From positions 1 to 64,000 of the forward strand of contig CAZFHY010000019.1 in the NCBI GenBank assembly GCA_964519305.1: a DNA stretch of 64,000 nucleotides. Reading direction: 5' to 3'. A program made the position numbers and the translations under genes. The DNA is from Candidatus Undinarchaeota archaeon (GTDB lineage Archaea > SpSt-1190 > JASMDC01). Below, piece by piece: positions 53,184 to 63,338 of the stretch; positions within the stretch are counted from its first letter, which is position 1, and every line of letters begins with the position of its first letter. The notes beneath the pieces were generated by a model. The model did no database searches. It saw only the letters and a list, made by a program, of their open reading frames with translations, and was not told the origin of the DNA.

Positions 53184-54254
53184 ATGGCCAAGGACATTGT
53201 GGGGGAGGACACGTCATCTGATGTGCCGAAGGACGATTCCGTCCAGAAGGATGAGGTCCCCACCAAGAAGCCGGACAGGGAGGAACCCTCATCCAAAAAG
53301 GACGCGCCAGCCCCCAAGGACGAGGGCCGCGGACCTGAGGACGAAGGCCACGGTCCCGAAGGAGAACTTCCCGTCCCACCTCCGAAGACCTGGGGCCAGT
53401 GGTTCCACGCCGAGCTCCTAGACCTGGAAAAGACAGTTGCTGCGCTCCTGGTGACCGCTCTCGTGGTCGTTGCGTTCAATGGTCTAACTGGTATGTCGAA
53501 ATCATCTTCCGAAGTTATGATGACGGACCGTGCGAGGTCCGACTATGTCGCCGAACCGCCCCCGCCTCCTGCGCCGACGGCTGACCCTAACACTAAGGGT
53601 CTAAAGGGACCCGCTCCGACGATGGAAGTGCAAGGGGGTGGGGGGGAGACAGCTGATACCGGTTCCGAGATGGCAGAACCCGATCCATCTCTCGACATGG
53701 GCCTTGAGGGACGCGAAACAGATCCGGCGCCGGTCAAAGTCGAGGGCGCCGACGATTATGAAGGTGCGGTAGGTGCTTCTGGTGGCGGGAGTAACACCGA
53801 GGGTTCTGCCACAGGACCCGCATTAGACCGAGCTGACGCAGCTCCTCCATCTCTTCAGGAGCCGGATGAGGATCAGGAGGGACCGGACTCCATACCACAA
53901 TCCCAGGACAAGCCCGCCGCAGCAGCACCGGACAAAGGAGAAAAGAGCAGCGTTTCGAACACCCTCCGTAACATGCTCGACCTAAAGGACATAGCAGAGA
54001 TATTCATAATCGTGCGTGCATTCTTCCTCCTGAACGTCCGACGTCTCTTGGGGGCACAGCCCGCCTCGCCCTATCCCGCGTCCAATGTCGGAGCTCAGGG
54101 GTATCCCCAACAAGGATACGGCTACCAGCAGTACGGTGCACAGGGGGGCTACCAGGGTCAAGCGGGCATGTACAAGGGACAAGGCTACGGACAGCAACAG
54201 GTGTACCAGGGGCAGCAGTACCCCGCCCAGCAGCGCCCCTATCGCCAGTACTGA
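53184..54254 (+). CDS. Hypothetical membrane protein with disordered acidic regions and a Gln/Tyr/Gly-rich tail
   Basis: TM helix near the N-terminus, second hydrophobic segment, tail GYPQQGYGYQQYGAQGGYQG..QRPYRQY. Confidence 0.7.
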   Translation: MAKDIVGEDTSSDVPKDDSVQKDEVPTKKPDREEPSSKKDAPAPKDEGRGPEDEGHGPEGELPVPPPKTWGQWFHAELLDLEKTVAALLVTALVVVAFNGLTGMSKSSSEVMMTDRARSDYVAEPPPPPAPTADPNTKGLKGPAPTMEVQGGGGETADTGSEMAEPDPSLDMGLEGRETDPAPVKVEGADDYEGAVGASGGGSNTEGSATGPALDRADAAPPSLQEPDEDQEGPDSIPQSQDKPAAAAPDKGEKSSVSNTLRNMLDLKDIAEIFIIVRAFFLLNVRRLLGAQPASPYPASNVGAQGYPQQGYGYQQYGAQGGYQGQAGMYKGQGYGQQQVYQGQQYPAQQRPYRQY

Positions 54255-54300
54255 TCCTTGAGGGATAGGTACTTAAACGGCGGCCGGTATCCTCTTTCCG

Positions 54301-54726
54301 ATGGAGGTCGCCCTCTCGGCCATGGATGTCGCCCGGGCGTTCCACGTGCTATTCCTGGCAGGAGTCGCCGTGGGGCTCGTGGCCGTGCTCGTTGCAGAGC
54401 TTATCCCGTCCGTGTACGATCCCGTCGTATCCCCTGCCTTATTCGTCCTGGGTGTAATAGTCCTCTCGTTCCCTCCCCTGCTGATCTACTTCCTCATGCG
54501 GGGGCTCGCACGGAACCTATTGGTCGTGAACACCTACGTTCTAATATCGTTCTTCTTCTCACGGCTACGTCTATCCATCGCGTTCATGGTAGGGACGACC
54601 GTAGCGACCATCGTGCTCTGTGTCCTCTACCCCCAGCAGGGATTACCCTATGCGCTCTTCGGTGCGGGAGTGGGGATCATTGGTACACTGACGCTCCTCT
54701 GGAACGAGATGGTCTCTCCGGAATGA
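54301..54726 (+). CDS. Small multi-pass membrane protein
   Basis: Four to five hydrophobic helices; TTAAA TATA-like element upstream. Confidence 0.65.
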   Translation: MEVALSAMDVARAFHVLFLAGVAVGLVAVLVAELIPSVYDPVVSPALFVLGVIVLSFPPLLIYFLMRGLARNLLVVNTYVLISFFFSRLRLSIAFMVGTTVATIVLCVLYPQQGLPYALFGAGVGIIGTLTLLWNEMVSPE

Positions 54727-54734
54727 GCCTGTGG

Positions 54735-55631
54735 TCACTCATCCCGGTCGAGGACGTAGTGTGTGAACACGCGCTCGAGAGACGGGTAGAGCAGACGGGT
54801 CTCCACGATCTGGGCCTTCGCCTTCTTCACGGCCTTGCGTACGTCCTCCTCCTCTCCACGGGGTACACGTACGGCGAAGTCTCGGGGACCGACCCGACGA
54901 GCGTCCTTCAGGCTAGGGACCTCGCCGCGATAGGTCACCTCCACTCGCTGGTCCTTCTCGATGCGACGCTTGAGCTCGCCCGGAGCCCCTGTCACGAGCA
55001 CGCGACCGCGGTCGATGATGGCCACCCGGTCGCACAGCTTGTCCGCTTCCGTGAGGTCGTGTGTGCACAGGAGGATGGTCTTCCCTTCTGACTGCAGGTC
55101 CACGACCAGCTCATGCATGGTGGCGCGGGTGAGGGGATCGAGACCGGATGTGGGCTCGTCCAGGAAAAGGATATGGGGATCATTTATCACGGCTCGCGCG
55201 AGGGCGACACGTCGGGCCATGCCCTTGGACAGGGTCGAGATCCGACTGTCCATGAGCTCTTCCAGCCTGAAGCGCTCGGAGAGCACCTCCAGACGAGCTT
55301 CGACATCGATGGGATAGAAACCGCCCATGAACCGCAGGAACTCGCCGGCGGTCATGGCGCCGTACATAGCTGTCACCTCGGGAAGATAACCGATGCGCTC
55401 CTTTACCCGGATAGGTTCATCCGTCACGTCGATGCCGTCAACGAACGCACCCCCGGATGTGGGCATGATGAGGCCGGTGAGCACCTTGATGAGGGTCGTC
55501 TTGCCAGCACCATTCGGTCCCAGGAGCCCCACGACCTCTCCCTTCTCCACCGACAGGGATACGCCTCGGAGCGCAGTTGTCGCTCCGTACGTCCTCACAA
55601 GCTCCGTGGTCTCGATCGCAGGTGCCGCCAT
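54735..55631 (-). CDS. ABC-2 type transporter ATP-binding protein
   Basis: GPNGAGKTT, LSKGM, LFLDEPTSGLDP, CTHD. Confidence 0.95.
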   Translation of the reverse strand: MAAPAIETTELVRTYGATTALRGVSLSVEKGEVVGLLGPNGAGKTTLIKVLTGLIMPTSGGAFVDGIDVTDEPIRVKERIGYLPEVTAMYGAMTAGEFLRFMGGFYPIDVEARLEVLSERFRLEELMDSRISTLSKGMARRVALARAVINDPHILFLDEPTSGLDPLTRATMHELVVDLQSEGKTILLCTHDLTEADKLCDRVAIIDRGRVLVTGAPGELKRRIEKDQRVEVTYRGEVPSLKDARRVGPRDFAVRVPRGEEEDVRKAVKKAKAQIVETRLLYPSLERVFTHYVLDRDE

Positions 55632-55685
55632 CCTGAGCCGCTCCTTAGTTGAACATTTATATCGCTTTTGCCCCGAAAGCCCTGT

Positions 55686-57497
55686 GTGAGAGCTCGACAT
55701 GTGGCACGCATGGAGTTCTCCCTCCTTCGGGGAGAGGGTCCGCTCTTCATCAGCGTGATCGTGCTCCCGCTGGCCGCTTTTATGTTGTACTCCGCGTTCC
55801 AGACGGTGCTCCTCTCGGAGGAACATCTCCAGGTCTCGGCAGCCTTCAAGGGATTCATCCCCGTGGCGGTGTACTCGAACAACGATAATATCGTAATTCA
55901 AGCGCTCACGAACTTCACACGGTTCGAACTGGTCCACGCTCGCGATCCGGAGCATGCACTTGCCATGGTAACACGTCGTCAGGTATGCATGGCCGTTGTG
56001 TTAAAGGATTTCTACGTGGCCGTCAACCACACAGGGACCGTCCTGATATTTCCCGACATGACCAATCCCAAGACAAAGCTGGCATTACGTGACCTCATTG
56101 ATATAGTGAGGACCATCGCTCGTCCGGTGGTCAGGGAGAACCTGAGGTTCGCAGTAGAAGTGGAGGCACCCATCGCCATCGAGACAGTCTACCCTGATGA
56201 TTATGCGGATGCCCGGAACCGCCCGCTCACTGCCGGGGACACAACTGAGGAGCAAGGACCGACCGATACAGGGACGGGAGCAGAGGCGGCCGAGAGCGAT
56301 GGCAGGCTCGCTGAGGAGTCCATCCCTCTCAATGTAATCTTTGTGATCTCCGCGTTCCTTGTCGGTGCTTTCCTAATCAGCGGTATGTGCGCTATGTCCT
56401 TGGCCAACGAACGTGTGCGACGCCAGGGGGAGTTCCTTTTCTCAGCCCCTCTAGAAGCAAGTGATGTGCTTTTGGGAAAGGTAGCTCCCTATGCCGGGCT
56501 CATTATCTACATGATGGTCGCTGTATCCGGCTACCTGGCATGGTCCGGTCTGATATCCAATCCCGTTCTCTCATTTGCGTTTCTGGGTGTGGTCGGTGCG
56601 TTACCGCTGGCCATCGCCTGTCTCATCGGGACCGTGGCCGCTTCGTTCCACCAGCTGACATTCCTCCTGACATTCTCGTACTTCCTTCTGTTCCTGGTGT
56701 TCGTGCTCCCAGCATTGCTGGTTAAGCTCACACTGGCATCCTTCATTTCCCCTGTGACCGTGCTAATCCTTCTTGCCCTAAAGGCCCCCTTGATCCCGAT
56801 GCGGGTGGCGATCTCTTTAGCGCCTTCCCTCGTCACCATTTTTGTCACCATGGCGGCCACCAAGGTGCTCTTCACGGCCGAGCACCTTCTGTATGAAGCG
56901 CCATCCCTCTTGACCGTCGTCCTCTCCCTGGCCGACGCCGCCCTTGCCCGTTTCAGGGGATGGGTCGGAGAGGTGATAGTGTTCCCCTTCATTGTCGCGG
57001 TGGCCGTGTTCCCTCTGGTTTTCATCATCGAGCTAGTTACCCTTTTCATCCTCTTCTCGCTCTTTTCATCCCTTACGATGTTCACTCTCTTCCTTACCGT
57101 ACCCATATGGGCACTTGCCGAAGAGGTGGCCAAGTCAGCAGGCGTGTTCATTCTGGCCTACAGGAGGTCCGAGATACGTTCACCCCTTGCCTTCGCAGCG
57201 ATGGGTGCTGCCGCAGGACTGGGCTTCTTCGCGGCGGAGAAGACACTGAACCTCCTCCTATTGGCCAATGCCGTCACCCTGGACCGCTACTTGTTGGGGA
57301 TTGTGCTAGTCGCAACGACCATATCCGCGGCCATACAGGCCGGCTGTTCGGCCATCTACGGGCTCGGGATCTACTTCCTCGTACGAAGACGTAACGCGAT
57401 TGCGTTCGCAGCGTTCTTCTTCCTTGCAGTCGCAATCCATCTAGTTGCTGACGTGATCATAATCTCACGCTCGCTGGGGGTGATGGGATGGGGCTGA
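55686..57497 (+). CDS. ABC-2 permease fused to a PrsW-like intramembrane protease domain
   Basis: ABC-2 motif ANERVRRQGEFLFSAP..LLGK; C-terminal AEEVAK, GFFAAE and HLVAD motifs. Start uncertain (55686 or 55710). Confidence 0.8.
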   Translation: MRARHVARMEFSLLRGEGPLFISVIVLPLAAFMLYSAFQTVLLSEEHLQVSAAFKGFIPVAVYSNNDNIVIQALTNFTRFELVHARDPEHALAMVTRRQVCMAVVLKDFYVAVNHTGTVLIFPDMTNPKTKLALRDLIDIVRTIARPVVRENLRFAVEVEAPIAIETVYPDDYADARNRPLTAGDTTEEQGPTDTGTGAEAAESDGRLAEESIPLNVIFVISAFLVGAFLISGMCAMSLANERVRRQGEFLFSAPLEASDVLLGKVAPYAGLIIYMMVAVSGYLAWSGLISNPVLSFAFLGVVGALPLAIACLIGTVAASFHQLTFLLTFSYFLLFLVFVLPALLVKLTLASFISPVTVLILLALKAPLIPMRVAISLAPSLVTIFVTMAATKVLFTAEHLLYEAPSLLTVVLSLADAALARFRGWVGEVIVFPFIVAVAVFPLVFIIELVTLFILFSLFSSLTMFTLFLTVPIWALAEEVAKSAGVFILAYRRSEIRSPLAFAAMGAAAGLGFFAAEKTLNLLLLANAVTLDRYLLGIVLVATTISAAIQAGCSAIYGLGIYFLVRRRNAIAFAAFFFLAVAIHLVADVIIISRSLGVMGWG

Positions 57498-58660
57498 CGT
57501 TGCGTCATACCGGCCGCATGGTCAGACGTGAGCTATACGCCCTCCTCGGGGAGCGCACATACGTGCTAATGGTGCTGGTCCAGCTGCTAATGGTGTGCTC
57601 GGCACTGTTCTTTGCTGTCGGGTACTCGGTCATATTCTCTTCGTTAACAGGCCAGTCACATGTCTTTCCCGACCGAACCCTGGCCATCGGCTTCTATACT
57701 ACCGATTTCTATAACGAGATCCTCGATGTGCTCAGCGCACGGAAGGAGTTGAGGGTCATAAAGATGCCGAGCGAAGCGGTCACCCTTGAGGCCGTGCGGG
57801 ACGGTACCCTCGTGGGCGCCGTCATCGTACGCGACGAGTTCCGCTATGCATACCAGAGCGGCGACCGGATGCGTATATTCTGGGTGACGGAGCCAGGGAA
57901 CCTACTTGGTGCCTATGCCTCACGCTCTGTGGCAGATGTACTGACCGAGTACGGACGGACGATTGGTAGGGACAGAGCGCGGAAGCAAGGGCTCGTGTAC
58001 GATCCCATCCTGGTCGCAGAAATGGAGGACAGTATTCACGTGAAGCCAGATGCCATCTACCCGAATCCTGCGCTCGTCTCCGGCGGGGTTATGCAGGGGG
58101 CGTTCGAGATAACCTATACTCTGGTAATCCCTCTCCTCCTTCTCTTCTCCCTGATGATCGCCACATCGGTCGTCATGGACTCCATCACCGAGGAGCTTGA
58201 GGGCGGTACACTAGCCAACGTTCTAGTGAGCCCGGTGTCAACCCACGCCATCGTGCTGGCAAAGACGATGCCCATCATCATCCTCACACTCTTCCAGATA
58301 TTGGTCTGGACCGCGATCCTCCGTCTCCAGGGCATCATGGTGGAGAACGTGTCAGTAGTCTTCCTTTACCTTGTCCTTGTGCTGCTCGTGTTCACGGGGA
58401 TGGGCGTCGTGGCCGCGGCCGTTACCAAGCGACGTCGCTCATCCCACGCGCTCTATTCGCTCTTCCTCTTGGTGTTCGTGTACTTCACCTTCGTTGGAGG
58501 GAGCTATGCCGAGTACTCTCCGGCCAACGTCATCACCGCGATAATATCAAATCCCGTGGTGCTCCCAGCGGTATGGGGGCGTATCACACTCATGGCCGCG
58601 CTCGCAGTGGTCGTGTACGGGGGGAGCTTTACTGTGTTCCGGCGGTCGGTGATAGACTAG
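57488..58660 (+). CDS. ABC-2 type permease
   Basis: DSITEELEGGTLANVLVSPVS..IVLAK. Confidence 0.88.
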   Translation: MGLTLRHTGRMVRRELYALLGERTYVLMVLVQLLMVCSALFFAVGYSVIFSSLTGQSHVFPDRTLAIGFYTTDFYNEILDVLSARKELRVIKMPSEAVTLEAVRDGTLVGAVIVRDEFRYAYQSGDRMRIFWVTEPGNLLGAYASRSVADVLTEYGRTIGRDRARKQGLVYDPILVAEMEDSIHVKPDAIYPNPALVSGGVMQGAFEITYTLVIPLLLLFSLMIATSVVMDSITEELEGGTLANVLVSPVSTHAIVLAKTMPIIILTLFQILVWTAILRLQGIMVENVSVVFLYLVLVLLVFTGMGVVAAAVTKRRRSSHALYSLFLLVFVYFTFVGGSYAEYSPANVITAIISNPVVLPAVWGRITLMAALAVVVYGGSFTVFRRSVID

Positions 58661-58662
58661 AC

Positions 58663-58905
58663 CTAGTTCTTGCGCTGCATGTCCGGGTCCCCGGCCTCTT
58701 CGGCCGCGGCCACGACCCGGTCCTGGTAGGCCTTGACAAGCAGGAGGGCCATCCCCAGCATCATGGCCCCGTAGCCCAGCCCGATGCCCAGTGGCACCTC
58801 CTTGTCCTCGTCCTTATCCTCGAACATCATGAACATCGGACCCACGGTGAGCACCACAAGCCCGATGAGGAACAGCCCGATACCTAGAGTTTTCAGTATG
58901 TCCAT
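58663..58905 (-). CDS. Small two-TM protein, paralog A
   Basis: Closely similar to the 58928-59158 product; both end MQRKN. Confidence 0.8.
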   Translation of the reverse strand: MDILKTLGIGLFLIGLVVLTVGPMFMMFEDKDEDKEVPLGIGLGYGAMMLGMALLLVKAYQDRVVAAAEEAGDPDMQRKN

Positions 58906-58927
58906 GAGATCAGTCTCCAGTCCTCTG

Positions 58928-59158
58928 TTAATTCTTACGCTGCATATCCTCGTCGCCGGCTTCCTCGGCGTCGGCCACAAGTCGGTCCTGGTAAGCTTTG
59001 ACGAGCAGGAGAGCCATCCCGCTCACGATGGCGAGATTGCCGAGGCTGATGCCCACATGCTTATCAGAATCCTGGAAATTCAGGTACGTCGGGAGGATGA
59101 TGAGCACCACTAACCCTATGAGGAACAGCCCGGTCCCTAGCGCCTGCAGTGTGTCCAT
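58928..59158 (-). CDS. Small two-TM protein, paralog B
   Basis: GGAG RBS; tandem paralog. Confidence 0.8.
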   Translation of the reverse strand: MDTLQALGTGLFLIGLVVLIILPTYLNFQDSDKHVGISLGNLAIVSGMALLLVKAYQDRLVADAEEAGDEDMQRKN

Positions 59159-59179
59159 GATGGCTCCCTCCGTTCAGGT

Positions 59180-59500
59180 CTATCTGACCGTCACTGCGGT
59201 GCCGTATGCCAGCATCTCGGCGGCGCCTGCGGCGACCATGCTGGTAGTGAAGCGCACGTTCACCACAGCGTTGGCGCCCAGTCGATCTGCGTCCTCGAGC
59301 ATGCGCTTGAGGGCTTGTTCCCGCGTTTCGGCCAGCATCTCCGTGTACTCGGTCATCTCCCCGCCCACGAGATTGCGCAGGCCGGCCATGATGTCCTTAC
59401 CGATCCACTTGGCCCTAATGGTCGATCCACGCACGAGGCCAAGTACCTCGGTGATCTCCTTTCCGGGTATAGTCTCAGTATTTACGACTTGTATCTTCAT
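59180..59500 (-). CDS. YbjQ/UPF0145 family protein
   Basis: TETIPG, LGLVRG, GKDIMAGLRNLVGGE..Y, GANAVVNVRF, AYGTAV. Confidence 0.93.
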   Translation of the reverse strand: MKIQVVNTETIPGKEITEVLGLVRGSTIRAKWIGKDIMAGLRNLVGGEMTEYTEMLAETREQALKRMLEDADRLGANAVVNVRFTTSMVAAGAAEMLAYGTAVTVR

Positions 59501-60014
59501 CGTTATCATCCTCCTCCTCAGCGTTCTTACGGTCCCTCATCGCCGCAGTGAGCATTACTATCAGGCCCAAGACCAGCGCCGTGAGCCCGAGGCCGATGGC
59601 CGCCGGAGTGTCATCCGCGAACAGAGCGACCGTGAGGAACATGTAAAGCGGATAGGCAAGAAGCATGAGCATCCCTCCACCGAACAGCACCAGCCCTGCT
59701 CGTTGGATGGGATCGTCCGGGGGTGAAATACGCCCTCCAGATGTCGCGCTCGTGACTGTGAGCCGCTTCCCCGTGTCCAAGTAGGCGAGCACGTTGGTGG
59801 CCCTCACACCCTCGTCAGTCAGATCATATCGTTTCTGATCGTCCTGATCAAGGAGTTTCCGCATCTTTCCCAGGTGGAACGAGAGCTTCGAGGTCTCGAT
59901 GTCAGCATGGCGCACCAGTGTGGAGAACGACACAGGACCATGCTCCGCAATGAACCGTAGTAGCTTACATCGAAGTGGATTGTCCAGCGCCGCGAGCACC
60001 TCGTCGGTTCCCAT
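59475..60014 (-). CDS. ArsR-like winged-helix protein fused to a two-TM domain
   Basis: ALDNPLR..LSFHL..YDLTDEG, then two TM helices and an acidic tail like those of the two downstream paralogs. Confidence 0.8.
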   Translation of the reverse strand: MGTDEVLAALDNPLRCKLLRFIAEHGPVSFSTLVRHADIETSKLSFHLGKMRKLLDQDDQKRYDLTDEGVRATNVLAYLDTGKRLTVTSATSGGRISPPDDPIQRAGLVLFGGGMLMLLAYPLYMFLTVALFADDTPAAIGLGLTALVLGLIVMLTAAMRDRKNAEEEDDNDEDTSRKY

Positions 60015-60126
60015 GCAATTATCCTAAGGTCGTCCCGGTTTAAATCAACATATGCATGGGAAACTCGACCCTACCCGGTCAATTATAGTTGACGAAGGGC
60101 TTTCAGTACAACGTTATCCAAGTCAA

Positions 60127-61572
60127 TTACGATAGGACTGATTCTCCTGCGCGACGTAAGCGCTCAGCACCGAGGAGCTTCTCAAGAGCGTCGCGAGTGA
60201 GCTTGGGATCCGACTTACCACCGGAAGCCTTCATGACCATTCCGACCAGGAAGTTCAGGGAGTTGACCTTACCCTCAAGGTAGTCGTCAACGGCTTTCGG
60301 TTGCTCCTCGATGGCCTGCCGGGCCATCCGGGTGAGCTGGTCCTCGCCAGCGATACGCCCGAGGCCCAATCGGCCGATGAGCTGGCGGATGGAGCGTGGT
60401 TCAGCTGCCAGCCACTCAAAGAGCCGGCGAGCGGTGAGGTCGGTGATCGTGCCGTCGCGAAAGAGCTCGAGCACCTCCACTATCTCGTCCGCTGTTATGG
60501 TAGTCTCGCTCAGACGCATGTTGTTATAGTTAAGCACGCGCCGCAACTCGTCCTTGAGCCAGGCCGCGGCAGTGACCGGATCCGTGCGCTTAGCGACCTT
60601 CTCGAACAGGTCCGCGACCTCCAGATCGAGGACCAGGACCGAGGCGGTGTACGGATCCAGACCGTACCGCTTGACGAAACGTGACTCCTTCTCGGTGGGG
60701 CGCTCGGGAAGACCTTCCTCTAACCGTGTTACGAGGGCGTTGTCGATGACCAACGGTGGGACATCAGGATCGGGTATGAAGCGGTAATCGGCGGCCCCCT
60801 CCTTCTTACGTAGAGGAATGGTGATCATCTTTGCTTCGTCCCAGTGACGGGTCTCTCGCACGATGCGTTTACCGAACCGCTGGAACCTGCGATGACGCCG
60901 GATCTCGCTATCCAGGGCGCGGTACACACCTTTGAAGGAGTTTATGTTCTTCACCTCGACGCGGGTCCCATCGCCAACGGAGACGTTCGCGTCACAGCGC
61001 ATGCTCCCTGGCTCATCACGGGCCACTCCCAGGTAGCTCAGTGCCAGTGATAGGGCTCGGAGGAAATCACGGGCCTCCTGTGGTGTGCTCATGTCCGGAT
61101 CGGTGACGATCTCCACAAGCGGTATGCCAGAGCGGTTATAATCCACCTGACCGTCCCGAAGCTCGTACCGGCCAGGGTCCTCCTCTAGGTGGACCTCACG
61201 GATGCGAACCGAGGCGAACCTGCCGTTCTCCCCCACGGGGAGGGATGTGCGCTGGTAATTAGAGGGGAGATCGGGATAGAAGTAATGTTTGCGCAACACC
61301 CGGATATCCTCGCCCTTGATCACCCTGCAGCCTATGAAGAGGGCGATACGGACGATCGAGTCCAGCGCCGTGGCGTTGAGGCCGTTCGGCTTTGATCCGG
61401 GTTGTGCCGTGCATACAGGGCAGATGTTGGAATTGGATTCGGCATCCCGATAGTCCGTGGGGCAAGAACAGAATAGCTTGGTATTGGTCTTGAGCTGCAC
61501 GTGGACCTCCAGGCCGATGCGAACCCGCTCCTGCGGTTCCTTTTTCGCATCCTTGCCCTTCTTGTCGCTCAT
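60127..61572 (-). CDS. gatB: Asp/Glu-tRNA amidotransferase subunit B
   Basis: IGLEVHVQL, KLFC, RKHYFYPDLP, HLEED, DYNRSG.PLVEIVT.P, CDANVS, YRFIPDPD. Confidence 0.97.
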   Translation of the reverse strand: MSDKKGKDAKKEPQERVRIGLEVHVQLKTNTKLFCSCPTDYRDAESNSNICPVCTAQPGSKPNGLNATALDSIVRIALFIGCRVIKGEDIRVLRKHYFYPDLPSNYQRTSLPVGENGRFASVRIREVHLEEDPGRYELRDGQVDYNRSGIPLVEIVTDPDMSTPQEARDFLRALSLALSYLGVARDEPGSMRCDANVSVGDGTRVEVKNINSFKGVYRALDSEIRRHRRFQRFGKRIVRETRHWDEAKMITIPLRKKEGAADYRFIPDPDVPPLVIDNALVTRLEEGLPERPTEKESRFVKRYGLDPYTASVLVLDLEVADLFEKVAKRTDPVTAAAWLKDELRRVLNYNNMRLSETTITADEIVEVLELFRDGTITDLTARRLFEWLAAEPRSIRQLIGRLGLGRIAGEDQLTRMARQAIEEQPKAVDDYLEGKVNSLNFLVGMVMKASGGKSDPKLTRDALEKLLGAERLRRAGESVLS

Positions 61573-62981
61573 CGACCACCCTCCAGCGCCGACATGGCAC
61601 GCACGAGCGTACCTTCGTCGAAGGGTCTACCATGGAGCTGTACTGCCGTAGGGAGGCCCTTATGTTCGCCCACGGGCACCGTTCCAGCGCATACTCCGGC
61701 AAGATTCGCAGAAACGGTCATGATGTCCATGAGGTACATGGCAACGGGGTCGTCCACGAGTTCGCCGAGCTTCCATGGGAGGCAGGGCATTACGGCCCCA
61801 AGGAGCACGTCCGTCTTCTCTAGCCTGTCGAGGAACTCCTGACGGAGGACCGACCGTGCTCGCAGCGCTCGCGTGTACCAGGCGTCCCGGTGCTCGCGCA
61901 TGGTGACGTAGGTCCCGAGCAGGACACGACGCTTCACCTCTCTGCCGAAGGCCTGGGAGCGCGTGCAGCTCACTGAGGCCTCCAAGCCATCAAGGTCGGC
62001 ATCCCCGCGATGGCCGTATCGGAAACCATCGAACTTGGCCATTGCCGAAGAGAACTCGGAGAACATGACGATGTAGTACATGGGCACAGCGTACCGGACC
62101 GATGGGATAGTGAGCTCAACGAGCTCGGCACCTTTCTTCTCAAGACGACGGCCGGCATCCTTGATAGCCCGTGCTACTGGGGCGTCCACACCATCGATGA
62201 ACTCCTTAACCAATCCCACACGGAGGCCATCGGCATCCCCTGTGGCCGCGGCAGTGTAGTCAGCTCCGGGCTCGCTCGTTACACAGTCCGCAGGATCGGC
62301 ACCGGACAGTACCGAGAGGAGCAGAGCGGCCCCGAACACATCGGGGGCCACGGGGCCGGGGCCTTCCAGGCTCATGGCCATGTCGCTCATACCATATCGC
62401 GAGACCAATCCGTATGTGGGCTTGATACCTACAGCACCGCAGAATGCGGCAGGGCAACGAATGGACCCGCCCGTGTCCGTTCCAACGGAGAGGTCCGCAA
62501 GACCGCCCCCGACAGAGGCGCAGGAGCCCGAGGACGAACCGCCCGGAACACGCTTCGGATCACGAGGATTGAGTGTGGGGCCGAAGGCAGACGTCTCCCC
62601 TGAGGAGCCGCAGGCGAACTCGTCCATGTTCGCCTTGCCCAGGATTATGGCCCCCGCGTCACGGATTAGCTTAGTAGCAGTGGCATCGTAAGGTGCCACG
62701 TAGTCGGCGAGCATGCGCGAGGCGCAGGTCATCTGCAGTCCGCGGACGGCAATGTTATCCTTCAGCGAGATACCGAGACCTGCCATTAGGCCGGGATCGC
62801 GTCCTGCCGTGATGGTTTTATCGATAGCGGCGGCAGCAGCGCGTGCGCCCCGCTCGTCCACAGTTATGTAGGCGTTGAGCTCACTCGCCTTGATGGCTTC
62901 CAAAAGCCCCTCGACACGTTCCACTGCGGTGACGGAACCATTGCGTACTGCCTCTAGCCGCTCACGCGTCCCATCGACCAC
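61569..62981 (-). CDS. gatA: Asp/Glu-tRNA amidotransferase subunit A
   Basis: Amidase signature KDN, GGSSSGS, GTDTGGSIRCPA; FGREVKRR..LG. Confidence 0.96.
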   Translation of the reverse strand: MVDGTRERLEAVRNGSVTAVERVEGLLEAIKASELNAYITVDERGARAAAAAIDKTITAGRDPGLMAGLGISLKDNIAVRGLQMTCASRMLADYVAPYDATATKLIRDAGAIILGKANMDEFACGSSGETSAFGPTLNPRDPKRVPGGSSSGSCASVGGGLADLSVGTDTGGSIRCPAAFCGAVGIKPTYGLVSRYGMSDMAMSLEGPGPVAPDVFGAALLLSVLSGADPADCVTSEPGADYTAAATGDADGLRVGLVKEFIDGVDAPVARAIKDAGRRLEKKGAELVELTIPSVRYAVPMYYIVMFSEFSSAMAKFDGFRYGHRGDADLDGLEASVSCTRSQAFGREVKRRVLLGTYVTMREHRDAWYTRALRARSVLRQEFLDRLEKTDVLLGAVMPCLPWKLGELVDDPVAMYLMDIMTVSANLAGVCAGTVPVGEHKGLPTAVQLHGRPFDEGTLVRAMSALEGGR

Positions 62982-62992
62982 TGTACAGCCCT

Positions 62993-63286
62993 CTAAAGGT
63001 TCTTGGGGACAACGACGTGTCCGGCGGTGAACCGCGGGACCTGACCCCGGATGTCCTCTACACCCTTGAAACGGTTCGGTTCGCCATCATCACGGATGGC
63101 ATTGCGACGCCCGCTCACCTCGTGAGTCTCCTTGGTGACGTCCTCCCCGATCCCCTCTAGTGTGGAGAACTGACTAAGGATGGCCAGGAGGTCCCGTTGA
63201 ATGGTGGCACGCTCCTCGTCATCGAGAGCTAGACGTGAAAGGGTTGCGATTTTGTCCAGGTCAAGCTCGATGTCGGGCGCGGGCAC
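62993..63286 (-). CDS. gatC: Asp/Glu-tRNA amidotransferase subunit C
   Basis: KIATLSRLAL..E..DL..IL, R.D, VVPK; directly upstream of gatA; GTG start inferred from TATA spacing. Confidence 0.85.
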   Translation of the reverse strand: MPAPDIELDLDKIATLSRLALDDEERATIQRDLLAILSQFSTLEGIGEDVTKETHEVSGRRNAIRDDGEPNRFKGVEDIRGQVPRFTAGHVVVPKNL

Positions 63287-63338
63287 GGCGGGGCGCACGA
63301 TGGCATCACTTAAAAACATTCCGGCGCCCTTTGGGATC

